A stretch of DNA of 26,786 bases, from IMG/VR virus record IMGVR_UViG_3300020042_004169, positions 1 to 26,786 of that record. One strand, given 5' to 3'. Position 1 is the stretch's first letter. Each line of letters begins with the position of its first letter. Shown piece after piece: positions 17,140 through 25,924 of the stretch. The translations under genes were made by a program, and so were the position numbers. The notes under the pieces were generated by a model. It had not been told where the DNA came from, did no database searches, and saw only the letters and a program-made list of their open reading frames with translations. The DNA comes from a virus. Its lineage: Duplodnaviria > Caudoviricetes.

Positions 17140-17318
17140 TTGTAGCCTCCGCCTTTTTTCTTATACTCCACCGCTAAAAGTTGGGCTTTTCGAGCTGACC
17201 ATTCATTGGGGTCACCGCCCTTTGTTCCTGCCTTGATTTTCTCAAATAAGGCTTTCCGCATGGTTGGCTTCGTGTAGTTGCCAGCCGCATTGACTGAGGA
17301 TTTAGGTTTGGTTGCCAT
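17136..17318 (-). CDS. small basic protein (DUF5872-like, N-terminal half)
   Basis: NYTKPTMRK...KGGDPNEWSARKAQLLAVEYKKKGGGY. Confidence 0.7.
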   Translation of the reverse strand: MATKPKSSVNAAGNYTKPTMRKALFEKIKAGTKGGDPNEWSARKAQLLAVEYKKKGGGYK

Positions 17319-18367
17319 TACGTATCTACAACTTTGTGAACAGCAAAACGCAGAACAACAGCTTCGGACAATGAGCCTAAAGAGACGTTTCGCACATTGA
17401 TGTTAGCAGTACCAATACCGCAGGATGCATTGAGCGTATAAGCGCCAAGCGTGCCGCCACTGATGTGATTCATCACAATAATGTCGCCTGCTTCTACCGT
17501 GCTGTTTGTCAAAGCAAATGTTACTGTAGTAGAAGCAGCCAAAGCCGCCGCATCCATAGTGATTTGTCCACAAGACTTGTTAAGCACTACAGTCGTGGCC
17601 TTGCTGGTTGCTTGCAACACACCACCGCCTGCGCCTACGGCATAACCTTGCTTTCCAGTTCCTGTGATAACTTGATTGCCACTGGTTGAAAGGCTTGTGC
17701 CTGTAGCCACACCGATTGCTGGTGTCACCAAAGCTGGGCTTGTGAATGTTCCTGTGCTTACAGTTGGGTTTGTGATTATTGGTGTCGTCAACGTAGGGCT
17801 GGTTGCAAAAACTAGCAAACCTGTGCCTGTCTCATCCGTCATTGCTGAACGTAGGTTTGCACTGGTTGGTGTTGCCAAGAATGTTTGGATACCAGCCGCA
17901 TAAACAGTTTCAGCATTGATTTGATACCAAGAATTTGTAGGCTGATAAAACCTGATTGCTGTTGCTGTGCCAGCCGATAAAGAAGTCACGCCACCATAAA
18001 TAGCAGTCGCACCATTCAGCGCAATAGTCAGTGAGGTAATCTCTTGCGTAGTGGTTATAAGCACCGAAGTGCCGTCAGGCACACCAGTGTTCAAGGGCAA
18101 GGTAATTGTGCCTGTAGCCAGAGTTCCAGCGGGTTGCAACAGCATCCATTGGTCGTTGCTGACAGGAGTTGGGACAGTGATATTAAAACCATTGCCAGGC
18201 ACAAAGAGATTAACCGACAGCGTAGGCGATGCAAAACTCTGCTGAAAAAACGTCAGCAAACTGCCGATTGATGTGCGTCTTGCATCTCCATTGTTGGGCG
18301 AATAAACGGGTAACTGATCTCCGCTAGAAATGGTGCTGAGTACAGGCAACTGATTGATCGTTGGCAT
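17318..18367 (-). CDS. Thr-rich fibre-like structural protein
   Basis: MPTINQLP anchor-like start, TDETGTGLLVFATSPTLTTP shaft motif, beta-rich C-terminal domain; SD AAGGA. Confidence 0.7.
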   Translation of the reverse strand: MPTINQLPVLSTISSGDQLPVYSPNNGDARRTSIGSLLTFFQQSFASPTLSVNLFVPGNGFNITVPTPVSNDQWMLLQPAGTLATGTITLPLNTGVPDGTSVLITTTQEITSLTIALNGATAIYGGVTSLSAGTATAIRFYQPTNSWYQINAETVYAAGIQTFLATPTSANLRSAMTDETGTGLLVFATSPTLTTPIITNPTVSTGTFTSPALVTPAIGVATGTSLSTSGNQVITGTGKQGYAVGAGGGVLQATSKATTVVLNKSCGQITMDAAALAASTTVTFALTNSTVEAGDIIVMNHISGGTLGAYTLNASCGIGTANINVRNVSLGSLSEAVVLRFAVHKVVDT

Positions 18368-18375
18368 GATTGTCC

Positions 18376-18858
18376 TTAGTTATATTCGAGAGGCCCATCA
18401 GGGCCAGCATCAACAGGGAAGTAGGGTGGGCGTACATACGGATTGTCGTAGACTCTCCACGGCTTGTTGCCAGCACCAGCAGGGGTAGTAGCAGGAAGTT
18501 GCTTCTCCAGCGGGAATGTCGCACGTTGAAGCAAAATATCGTATCCTTGCTTGGCAGTGGTCTTGGTCTCAACCATCACTTGCTTGCCAAAACTTGGCGC
18601 AAGCCTAATGGCTAGACTGCAAATAATTGCCTCATAAGCCGAATCAGGCACTAAAGTTTCTTCGCTTAAAGTGCTGTCTTGTGGGCTGGATGGCAAAGGG
18701 TAACCCAATCGGATGCCCTTTGCGTTCCAATCTGCCATCATTGCATCTAATCGACGCAGGGCAGATTCAAGCTGTTCGGGCTGTAAATCAAATACGTAAG
18801 ACGCAAGGCCAATTTCTTCAAGGGCTGCGCTTATGAATTGTTGTTTTGTGTAGCCCAT
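18376..18858 (-). CDS. head-to-tail adaptor (P22 gp4-like)
   Basis: TKQQFISAALEEIG, ALRRLDAMMADW, LAIRLAPSFG, PAGAGNK. Confidence 0.85.
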   Translation of the reverse strand: MGYTKQQFISAALEEIGLASYVFDLQPEQLESALRRLDAMMADWNAKGIRLGYPLPSSPQDSTLSEETLVPDSAYEAIICSLAIRLAPSFGKQVMVETKTTAKQGYDILLQRATFPLEKQLPATTPAGAGNKPWRVYDNPYVRPPYFPVDAGPDGPLEYN

Positions 18859-19151
18859 TCCAACTCCTCAATGTGTTTAAGCAGTGTCGCATCTGACCAG
18901 CGTTTGTCAACCTTCATCCCAATCGCTTCAGCTTGTTGCAACATTTCCTCACGGGTCGGTGCGCTGTCATCAACAGTCTCAACAACCAGCTCATCAGGTT
19001 CAATAATCTGTGAGTTGATGGGCGATGGTCGAATCTGCTTTGTTGCTTTTCGCTCTACTGCCTGCGCTTTTTTTAATTTGCGCTTTTGTAACCGCAACTC
19101 CCGCCACGGGGCAAGAGTTTTGGTCTTAACGATTGCGGCTGACTTAATCAT
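18831..19151 (-). CDS. hypothetical protein, basic N-terminus and HeH/LEM-like C-terminal motif
   Basis: APTREEMLQQAEAIGMKVDKRWSDATLLKHIEE; coupled by ATGA to the upstream small ORF. Confidence 0.65.
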   Translation of the reverse strand: MIKSAAIVKTKTLAPWRELRLQKRKLKKAQAVERKATKQIRPSPINSQIIEPDELVVETVDDSAPTREEMLQQAEAIGMKVDKRWSDATLLKHIEELEWATQNNNS

Positions 19152-19303
19152 TTCTTTTTCATTGACTTAGCGGCTGGCTTTTTCATCATGCCATACGCCA
19201 TAGCAACGGCTTGCTTTTGGGGCTTGCCTGCTTTCATTTCTTTTTTAATAACGTCCGACATTTTATTGTCGCTCTTACCCATTTTCATTGTGTGTCCTGG
19301 CAT
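19148..19303 (-). CDS. 51-aa Lys/Met-rich basic protein, not in ORF track
   Basis: MPGHTMKMGKSDNKMSDVIKKEMKAGKPQKQAVAMAYGMMKKPAAKSMKKK; SD GGAG; GKPQKQAVA motif. Confidence 0.75.
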   Translation of the reverse strand: MPGHTMKMGKSDNKMSDVIKKEMKAGKPQKQAVAMAYGMMKKPAAKSMKKK

Positions 19304-19318
19304 TTGAATCTCCATGTT

Positions 19319-19348
19319 AAACAGGCCAACATCTCTGCTGGCCTGTTT
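19319..19348 (-). terminator. 13-bp hairpin with GAGA tetraloop after coat/decoration genes (leaky terminator or mRNA stabiliser)
   Basis: AAACAGGCCAGCA-GAGA-TGTTGGCCTGTTT on the - strand; short U tract. Confidence 0.65.
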
Positions 19349-19351
19349 GTT

Positions 19352-19966
19352 TTAACCACCGATACGATAAACAATAAACGTGTCAGCCGCAGTCTTACGG
19401 CAACGGAATCGTGCAGATGCACCAGACGTAGCCGCAGTTGCCGCAGAACCCACAATGGTTACACCTGTATTGACAGTAATAGTCAAAGCAAATGCAGCCA
19501 AAGTGATAACGCTAAAGTCAAAAGACTCACCAATTGCCCACTCGGTTGCCAAATCAAGGTTTGCACCTGTTGGCAGTTGAATGCTGCGGGTCGTGGTCGG
19601 AGTTGCAGTAACGATGCCAGTTAGCACATTGGCTGCCGTGGCAATCATTGATGCGCCATCAGCTATGTCAGCAGGCGCACCTTGAGGTTGCCAGTTGCCA
19701 TCATCAGTGATTAATGGGGCAACACCAACTGCGTAAAGCGCACCCGATGCACCAGCTTGAATAGTCACGCTGGTGGCATTGGTGAATGCGCCTGAAACAA
19801 AGGTTGTGTTGTCAACCGTAGTCAACAAATCCTGTGAATCAGGAAAGTTGGGGAAGCCAACTTCTTGAAACACCAGTGCTGGTGAAAAGGCCTGAACAGC
19901 GATTTTCTCGCCTGCTGGTACGGTAACTGTAGCAGTACCTTGTGTAAAAATTACGTTGTAGCTCAT
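19352..19966 (-). CDS. putative capsid decoration / minor head protein
   Basis: Immediately after coat, strong SD AAGGAG, Ala/Thr-rich beta protein. Confidence 0.65.
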   Translation of the reverse strand: MSYNVIFTQGTATVTVPAGEKIAVQAFSPALVFQEVGFPNFPDSQDLLTTVDNTTFVSGAFTNATSVTIQAGASGALYAVGVAPLITDDGNWQPQGAPADIADGASMIATAANVLTGIVTATPTTTRSIQLPTGANLDLATEWAIGESFDFSVITLAAFALTITVNTGVTIVGSAATAATSGASARFRCRKTAADTFIVYRIGG

Positions 19967-19975
19967 GATGACTCC

Positions 19976-21262
19976 TTATACTTGACCGAATAACAGAATA
20001 CCAGACATTTCTGGCTGTTTGTTAACCACGCCAAACAAGGTATCAAGACGATACTTGGTTTTCATGGTATTCACATCGTATTGCTTTTGCATGACCAATT
20101 CGATGCCTTGATCTGTAGAGGCACGCATCACTGCAACGCCAGCATCAGAGGGGACAGCGTAACGACCAGGCAGAATCTCCAACGCATCTTTCTGCCAGAA
20201 GCAGTTGATAGGTGCTGTTGTTGTATTCAAGCGGTTAACAGTTGCTGTGGCGTTTGCTGTCACGATACAGTTTTGGTATTGCAACTCGGCATCAGTTCCA
20301 CCTTGTGCGGAAATAATGGGTGGTGTGATAACACAAGTGGTTGCATTAGTAACGCTCACCACACGGAAAGTCTTGGAGAATCCAGTACCTTGTTTGGTGA
20401 TGTGGTGGACAGCCTCAACTCCGCTGATCTCAATGGCAGTTCCAACTGGCAAGTTGGTGGTGCTTGACACGGTAATCGTTTGGAAACGATTGTCCACGTT
20501 TTGCGTTTCACCAGTTGTCGCAGTCTGTGTTGCCACAGGCACGTAGAAGTTGTTAGCCGCAGCCAAAGTGCTCATCGTTGGGTCAGCACCAGATGCACCT
20601 GTCAAGCGATTTGCATAGTCAAGTTTGTAGGTTTCAAAGCCTGCGACCTGACCAACAAAAGAACGCTCAAAAGCGGTGTTTGACTTAGTGCCTGCAAAGC
20701 TACGTGACACAGATGCGCCACCAGTACCACCAGCAATGTTGCCAGCGATGCCGTTGTAGTCACGGCTAGACAAAGCCAAGTAACGATCAAAGGCTTGAAC
20801 GCCCTGCTCGTTCATAATGCTGTCGCACAAAGCCACATCATCATAGTCACCAGCCGCAGTGTTAACGGTCACGACCAAAGAACCTTGAGCCGCAGCCACG
20901 TTCATGATAGCGATGTTGATGTCGGATGCAAGTTTCTGCTTTGCGGCTTCGCCCAAGCGACCTTCTTGCAACGCATCACGCAATTCCAAAGCATCCAGAA
21001 TGAACGGCACAGACTTTTGAAAGCCGAGTGTCGCTGGGACTGAAAGCTGGGTGTATGCGGTGAAGTTGTTAGTCTGGTCCATGCCATCATACGACTGTGC
21101 GATGTAAGGCTGTGGACGGTAGATAACATTGTTTGTGCGTTCCATCATCGAGCCATCTGTGTTGTAGATGGACACGTTGCGGGACAAAACTAAAGCGTCA
21201 TTAAAGCCTTCGAGGATGTCCTCAAACGCTACACGCTCTTCTTTTGAAAAACTATTGCTCAT
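19976..21262 (-). CDS. major capsid protein (P22 gp5 family)
   Basis: 428 aa, MERTNNVIYRPQPY, AKQKLASDIN, VGQVAGFET, YRLDTLFGVVNKQPEMSG; SD AGGAG. Confidence 0.93.
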   Translation of the reverse strand: MSNSFSKEERVAFEDILEGFNDALVLSRNVSIYNTDGSMMERTNNVIYRPQPYIAQSYDGMDQTNNFTAYTQLSVPATLGFQKSVPFILDALELRDALQEGRLGEAAKQKLASDINIAIMNVAAAQGSLVVTVNTAAGDYDDVALCDSIMNEQGVQAFDRYLALSSRDYNGIAGNIAGGTGGASVSRSFAGTKSNTAFERSFVGQVAGFETYKLDYANRLTGASGADPTMSTLAAANNFYVPVATQTATTGETQNVDNRFQTITVSSTTNLPVGTAIEISGVEAVHHITKQGTGFSKTFRVVSVTNATTCVITPPIISAQGGTDAELQYQNCIVTANATATVNRLNTTTAPINCFWQKDALEILPGRYAVPSDAGVAVMRASTDQGIELVMQKQYDVNTMKTKYRLDTLFGVVNKQPEMSGILLFGQV

Positions 21263-21279
21263 AATAAGCTCCTAATTAA

Positions 21280-22113
21280 TTATTTGGATGCTGTTCGTTT
21301 TTGCGCCTTGTACTGGATGACTTTCGTCATGTTTCCAGTTCGTGCCGCATCTTCTCGCAGCCGTTCAAGTGTTGAGTCTACCGCACCAGATGATCTTCCA
21401 GTTCCCGAGATGATACGCTCTGGTGCGGGTGCTGCCCTGCGGTTTGTAACTTTCAATTCTTTCTCCAGTTTTGCTACCGCAAAGGCAAACTTTACGGGGT
21501 CTGTGACTTCTGCCAACTCTTTAGCCTTCTTCGGGTTCTTACCAAGTGCGTAAACAACCAGTGCGGGGTTTTCAGCCCCTTGAAGAATCACGCCCTGCTG
21601 GGTGATTGAGAAAACTTCCTGTGCAATAGCCTCGGCATCTTCGTAATCCCTGACTCGCAACTCAGCTTTCGCTTTGCCGTAGCCATCCAACTTGGCTTGC
21701 CATGCTTTTTGCTGATTCATAACTTCAGCTTCTTGCTTGGCGTTTACATCCTCGGCTTGTCGCTTGCGCTCAAACCAAGATGTTAGTGCTTCTTCGTATT
21801 TATCAGCGTCATAGTCGTGGTCTTCTAGCTTTGGCTTAACTCCAATGGCAACTGGCTTGTTCTCAGTTGGCTGGACTTGTAGCTTGCTTTGCAGTTCACG
21901 ATTCTGTCGTTGCAACTCTCTGTTTGTTTTCCGCAACTCTTTAACCCATTCAGGCGCAGGAGTGTGCTCTTCGGGAGGTGGCGTTTCCTCACCTATGCTG
22001 ACAACTACTTCCTCAGTATCGGGTTCTTCTTGGTCATCAACGATTTCCGTGACTTCCTCGACTTCTTCCTCAACAATGGTTTCTTCGTCCTCAATTACTG
22101 CCTTTTGATTCAT
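21280..22113 (-). CDS. scaffolding protein
   Basis: Between portal and coat; acidic N-terminus, coiled coil, basic C-terminal helix; start probably 22113 (MNQK). Confidence 0.85.
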   Translation of the reverse strand: MNQKAVIEDEETIVEEEVEEVTEIVDDQEEPDTEEVVVSIGEETPPPEEHTPAPEWVKELRKTNRELQRQNRELQSKLQVQPTENKPVAIGVKPKLEDHDYDADKYEEALTSWFERKRQAEDVNAKQEAEVMNQQKAWQAKLDGYGKAKAELRVRDYEDAEAIAQEVFSITQQGVILQGAENPALVVYALGKNPKKAKELAEVTDPVKFAFAVAKLEKELKVTNRRAAPAPERIISGTGRSSGAVDSTLERLREDAARTGNMTKVIQYKAQKRTASK

Positions 22114-22131
22114 CTTTGACCCCATTAAACT

Positions 22132-22161
22132 CACCCATTGAAACGGTGGGTGGCATCCGTT
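22132..22161 (-). promoter_or_regulatory. candidate H-type pseudoknot in scaffold mRNA leader
   Basis: AACGG-ATGC-CACCCA-CCGTT-TCAA-TGGGTG: S1 AACGG/CCGTT, S2 CACCCA/TGGGTG. Confidence 0.6.
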
Positions 22162-22166
22162 AATAC

Positions 22167-22195
22167 ATTCTCGCTTGTTTTTTACTGATTCGCAA
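22167..22195 (-). promoter_or_regulatory. candidate promoter TTGCGA-N17-GAGAAT
   Basis: Upstream of scaffold; predicted +1 falls at the first base(s) of the pseudoknot. Confidence 0.5.
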
Positions 22196-24245
22196 CAGGT
22201 TGGACAATCTGTCCTTGCAAAATTTCTTGTACAGCCATTGTGTTCTTCATCGCCATATTCTGTGAGGTTTCCTCAACTTTGCCCAATGTCTCCAATGTTT
22301 GAGCACGTTTGAGTTCTGCCGAGGCCACGGTTTCCACCGTATCAGCTCTAGCTTTGGCTGCTTTTGCCATCTCATTCTCAGCTGCCGCCTGCAAATACAT
22401 GGCGTTCGGGTCTTGCGGTTTGCCCTGCATTTCTGCCATAAGTTCCTGTGCTTCGTCATCGGTAGGTTGAACCACGCCCATGCGAAGTAATTTCTTGCGG
22501 AAGTAAGCATTGGCATCACCCACGCCTTCGCCTTCCATGTTCATCATTGCCATTGCAGTCAGCACTTGCGCTGTCTCTGGGTCAGTGGTGATTTGTAGCA
22601 TTCCTGTCAAAGCCCTGACGGTAGCGGCACGCTTACTGCTACTGGATGGGCCAACTTCTGCGACCACATCAAAGGTGGCGGCTGATAGGTCGTTACCCAT
22701 CATCACAGCACCTGTCTTTTGGTCAATCATCGGTTGCATGAGTTCAACAGTGCCAGCCTCACCCGTGGGGGCGATGGTTTTCATTCTGCGCTTATCTTCG
22801 GTATAAATCTCTTTTGCCATACTCAGCCAGATTTCACCGCAACGCTTCATGCCCTTGGCAAAGTTGCTCATGTAGATAAAGGTCTGCATATCTACACGGG
22901 TTTGAATCATCTCTACGGCCTTACCAGACACGCCTGAAACGATCTTATCTGCCCCTTGTGGGTTGCCCAAGATGTCCTGCATATCCTGTTCGGTAATCTG
23001 CAAAAGTGCCGCCATTGCTGGTGGGATTGCAGCCGACTTGGTATAAGCCACAGGGCCTGAGATGCTTTGACTTCCGTCTGGCCCTGTAATCGGATTCACC
23101 AAAAGATAAGGGTAATCACGTAAATTGTCTTCAGCCCACATCAGTTGATGCCCTGCCACTTGCTCGGGAGTCAAGATAGGCTTCTCAATGCTAGACAAAG
23201 CTGAAATCTCGCCCAGCTTTGACAGTTGCATATTCTTCAGACGTTGGGCATCTTTTGCCAATCTGACAGCACCCATGCAACGCTCGATGTTATCCACAAA
23301 CCAACGCTTGCCGTAGACCACTACGATTGGAATGTTTTTGCCTGCAATGTAGCCTGCATCTTCCAGCACTTTACCGCCAGACATGATGTATTTGCGAACT
23401 CGCATCCGCTTGATGCGCTTTTGACGAACTTCCCTTGTGCCGACTGCCATCAGGGTTTCTTCTAGCATTTCATCGTCTGCAAAGTCTTGTGCTGTGTAGC
23501 GTTCCTCTGTGCCATCAATGGCTTCAAATATGCGGATTACTTCGGTTTTTTCCTCAACCTTGTAGTACTCAGCCACAAACACAACATCAGGGGTTGCCCA
23601 ATCAAATTCGTATTGGTGAATGATCTTAGGCCAATCCGTTGGGTCATCGTTGTAGATTTCTTTGTAGCTTTCACGGGTCATGCTGTTGACCACAAAAGCA
23701 TATTTGGCATCTGACTTGTCTTGCCGTTTGGCGTTCAGGTCAAAGAACACGCTTGAGTCAGCATCAAAGATTGGCTCAAACCTGATGCGCTGGCGTTCAT
23801 TTTCTGGGTCTTCTTCGTCTTCGTAAACTGTTCTCAAGCGCCATGCACCAATGCCACCGCCAACAGCTTCCTCAAAGGCATTGTCGTAAGCCTCATCAGC
23901 TACTGATGCTTGTTCGTCAGCACGATAAAGACCATCGCAGACTTCTGCCAGTTTGTCGTTTTCAGTCCCGTCTTTGCTCACATAATCAACGGTGATGCGA
24001 TTATTGCGGTATTCGTTAACGATGCGAATAACAGCCAACATGATTTTGTTGACTTCAAACCTGGGTTTGTTTTCGTACTGGTCATACAGTGGACCTTCCC
24101 ACTGAGAACCACATAACGAATAAAATCTACGATCTTGCAGGCATTGCAGACGTTCATCCCGCAAGGCGGTTTGTATATCGTTAAACTGACGCAGTGCTTC
24201 AGCGTGCAGATTGGCAAGGCGTTGGTCGTTGGGTATTCGTGCCAT
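22182..24245 (-). CDS. portal protein (P22 gp1-like)
   Basis: 687 aa, DRRFY..GSQW, AYDNAFEEAVGGGIGAWR, YIAGKNIPIV, VRLAKDAQRLKN, FDVVAEVGPS, C-terminal coiled coil. Confidence 0.93.
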   Translation of the reverse strand: MARIPNDQRLANLHAEALRQFNDIQTALRDERLQCLQDRRFYSLCGSQWEGPLYDQYENKPRFEVNKIMLAVIRIVNEYRNNRITVDYVSKDGTENDKLAEVCDGLYRADEQASVADEAYDNAFEEAVGGGIGAWRLRTVYEDEEDPENERQRIRFEPIFDADSSVFFDLNAKRQDKSDAKYAFVVNSMTRESYKEIYNDDPTDWPKIIHQYEFDWATPDVVFVAEYYKVEEKTEVIRIFEAIDGTEERYTAQDFADDEMLEETLMAVGTREVRQKRIKRMRVRKYIMSGGKVLEDAGYIAGKNIPIVVVYGKRWFVDNIERCMGAVRLAKDAQRLKNMQLSKLGEISALSSIEKPILTPEQVAGHQLMWAEDNLRDYPYLLVNPITGPDGSQSISGPVAYTKSAAIPPAMAALLQITEQDMQDILGNPQGADKIVSGVSGKAVEMIQTRVDMQTFIYMSNFAKGMKRCGEIWLSMAKEIYTEDKRRMKTIAPTGEAGTVELMQPMIDQKTGAVMMGNDLSAATFDVVAEVGPSSSSKRAATVRALTGMLQITTDPETAQVLTAMAMMNMEGEGVGDANAYFRKKLLRMGVVQPTDDEAQELMAEMQGKPQDPNAMYLQAAAENEMAKAAKARADTVETVASAELKRAQTLETLGKVEETSQNMAMKNTMAVQEILQGQIVQPVANQ

Positions 24246-24262
24246 ATTTGTCCTTTGAAGCG

Positions 24263-24291
24263 ATTATCTACCAGCGTTTGACATTGGGCAA
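24263..24291 (-). promoter_or_regulatory. candidate promoter TTGCCC-N17-GATAAT
   Basis: Overlaps the terL 3' end, upstream of the portal SD AAAGGA. Confidence 0.45.
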
Positions 24292-25494
24292 TGGCGTAAA
24301 TGTAGCTGGTTTTGTGACCGCTGCCCGCCTGATGCCTTCACACGCATACCGCAAAGCATCAATAACATGGTTCTTTTTGTCCTCAAGCTGCGGCAGGATT
24401 CGCCCCGTTAATGGGTCTGATTTATAACTGTAAAGGCTCAATTCGTCAATGGTGTGAATACAGCGAGGGTGAACCACTATGTCATAGTTCTTCAAAAACT
24501 CTATGCCTTCTTCAACCGACTTTGGTCCTTTGACCGCGGTCATTATCTTTGGAAACCCGTTGCGCTTCATGTGGCTGATGGTCTCAGGTCGGGCTGAGTC
24601 AGCAACGATAGGCCACTTCTCGGCCTCAGGCACTTGCATAAACAGTTCAGGCGTGTTGACTATCTCGCAACCCACCATATACGCCTCATGGTCGATGTAA
24701 AGTGTACGCCCAATAATGTGGCAGCGCACCAACACAGTCGGGTCAATCGAAAATCCCCAGTCTGCGCCAAGTCGGTGGATGGCTTCTGCTGGTGCTTCAA
24801 ACTCGTCAATTTTCCAGTTTCTAAATACCCTGCTGTTGCTGTTTCGTAAGTACTGACCCATCCAAACGTGCTGATATTTGTCAGGGTCACGCCTCTTGTC
24901 GTACTCCATTTCGTCCTTCAGGACTTGTGGAAACCACGGGTTGTCACCAAAATTAACTTTAATTACAGCGGCATCGGTTGGCGGTTCAGGTCCACGCAAC
25001 AAAAAATCTACTGGGTCGCTGTTCTGCCTCGGGTTCCAAGTGAACCATAACTCGCTGTTAGGTTTGCGGATTGTTGGTCTCAGTAAGTCAAGACTGGTTT
25101 GGCTCAATGACTGGGCTTCCTCAACCCAAGCGCAGTCGTACCCTTCTAACGACTTAATACTATCGGCGGTGTGGTTCTGCATCCCTTGGAAAATAATCGC
25201 CCCATCACCTTTTTTGGACTTGATGACCGAATCCTGTACAGCAAAATAAGCTCCTGCGTTCATGGCCTCAATCTTTGTCTCTAGCAAACGCTTCACGGAT
25301 TGGTTAAGGGATTTCTGTATTTCCCGCACACAAACGCTTCTGCGCTTTTGGTCAAGTATGTGGCCTTCAATCATTAACTCGGCAAACATATGCGACTTGC
25401 CACTTCCTCGCCCACCCCAAGCGCCCTTGTACCGACTAGGTTCTAGCAGCGGCAGCGCCCACTCAGGGGTTTGAATTTGCAGGGTTTTACCCAT
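24268..25494 (-). CDS. terL: terminase large subunit (PBSX/Terminase_3 type)
   Basis: Walker A GGRGSGKS, Walker B CAWVEEAQ, TWNP, nuclease GADWGF / ADSARP / NHVIDALRY; start probably 25494. Confidence 0.96.
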   Translation of the reverse strand: MGKTLQIQTPEWALPLLEPSRYKGAWGGRGSGKSHMFAELMIEGHILDQKRRSVCVREIQKSLNQSVKRLLETKIEAMNAGAYFAVQDSVIKSKKGDGAIIFQGMQNHTADSIKSLEGYDCAWVEEAQSLSQTSLDLLRPTIRKPNSELWFTWNPRQNSDPVDFLLRGPEPPTDAAVIKVNFGDNPWFPQVLKDEMEYDKRRDPDKYQHVWMGQYLRNSNSRVFRNWKIDEFEAPAEAIHRLGADWGFSIDPTVLVRCHIIGRTLYIDHEAYMVGCEIVNTPELFMQVPEAEKWPIVADSARPETISHMKRNGFPKIMTAVKGPKSVEEGIEFLKNYDIVVHPRCIHTIDELSLYSYKSDPLTGRILPQLEDKKNHVIDALRYACEGIRRAAVTKPATFTPLPNVKRW

Positions 25495-25924
25495 TCTTGA
25501 CAATCACACGCTCAATTTTTTGTAGCAATGGACTGTCAGGGTCGCCCGAAAGCTCTAACTTTTCACCCCATTTTTTTGGGGCTAACTTTGACAAAAGCCA
25601 TTTTCTAGTGTCCACCTGTAATCTTTGTTTTTGCACTGCGCCAGAATCGGTTGCCCCGCTGTCTGTACTTCCAACAGGAGTGTCAGCAATTCTTAAGGTC
25701 TCGGCAGCTATATGTTCTATCAGGTCTTCCCTCGCACGCGCGTACTCTGCCGCCATTTTAATGTCATCATTAAGCCAATGGTTGAATGTGCTTTGAGGCA
25801 ATCCGATTTGTTTGCAGGCTTGATGGGCGCTTAAACCGTTCCGCATTCCTGCAAAGATCAGTTCGGCTAATTCTGCTCGGTCTGGGCTTTTTGGCTTTGT
25901 CTTTGGTTTATTGACGGTTTTCAT
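25487..25924 (-). CDS. terS: terminase small subunit (Sf6 gp1-like)
   Basis: HTH N-terminus, EYARARE, RLQVDTRKWLLSKLAPKKWG; directly upstream of terL. Confidence 0.92.
   Translation of the reverse strand: MKTVNKPKTKPKSPDRAELAELIFAGMRNGLSAHQACKQIGLPQSTFNHWLNDDIKMAAEYARAREDLIEHIAAETLRIADTPVGSTDSGATDSGAVQKQRLQVDTRKWLLSKLAPKKWGEKLELSGDPDSPLLQKIERVIVKNG

Noticed and set aside
17136-17162. AAAAAAG run as a -1 frameshift joining the two DUF5872-like ORFs
   Set aside because: The run is phased AAA AAA G rather than A AAA AAG, and the downstream ORF has its own GGAGG SD and ATG
19966-19978. Coat and decoration genes are in frame (TAA GGA GTC ATC ATG), suggesting read-through fusion
   Set aside because: TAA is rarely read through, the spacer is simply a strong SD, and in-frame spacing occurs by chance one time in three
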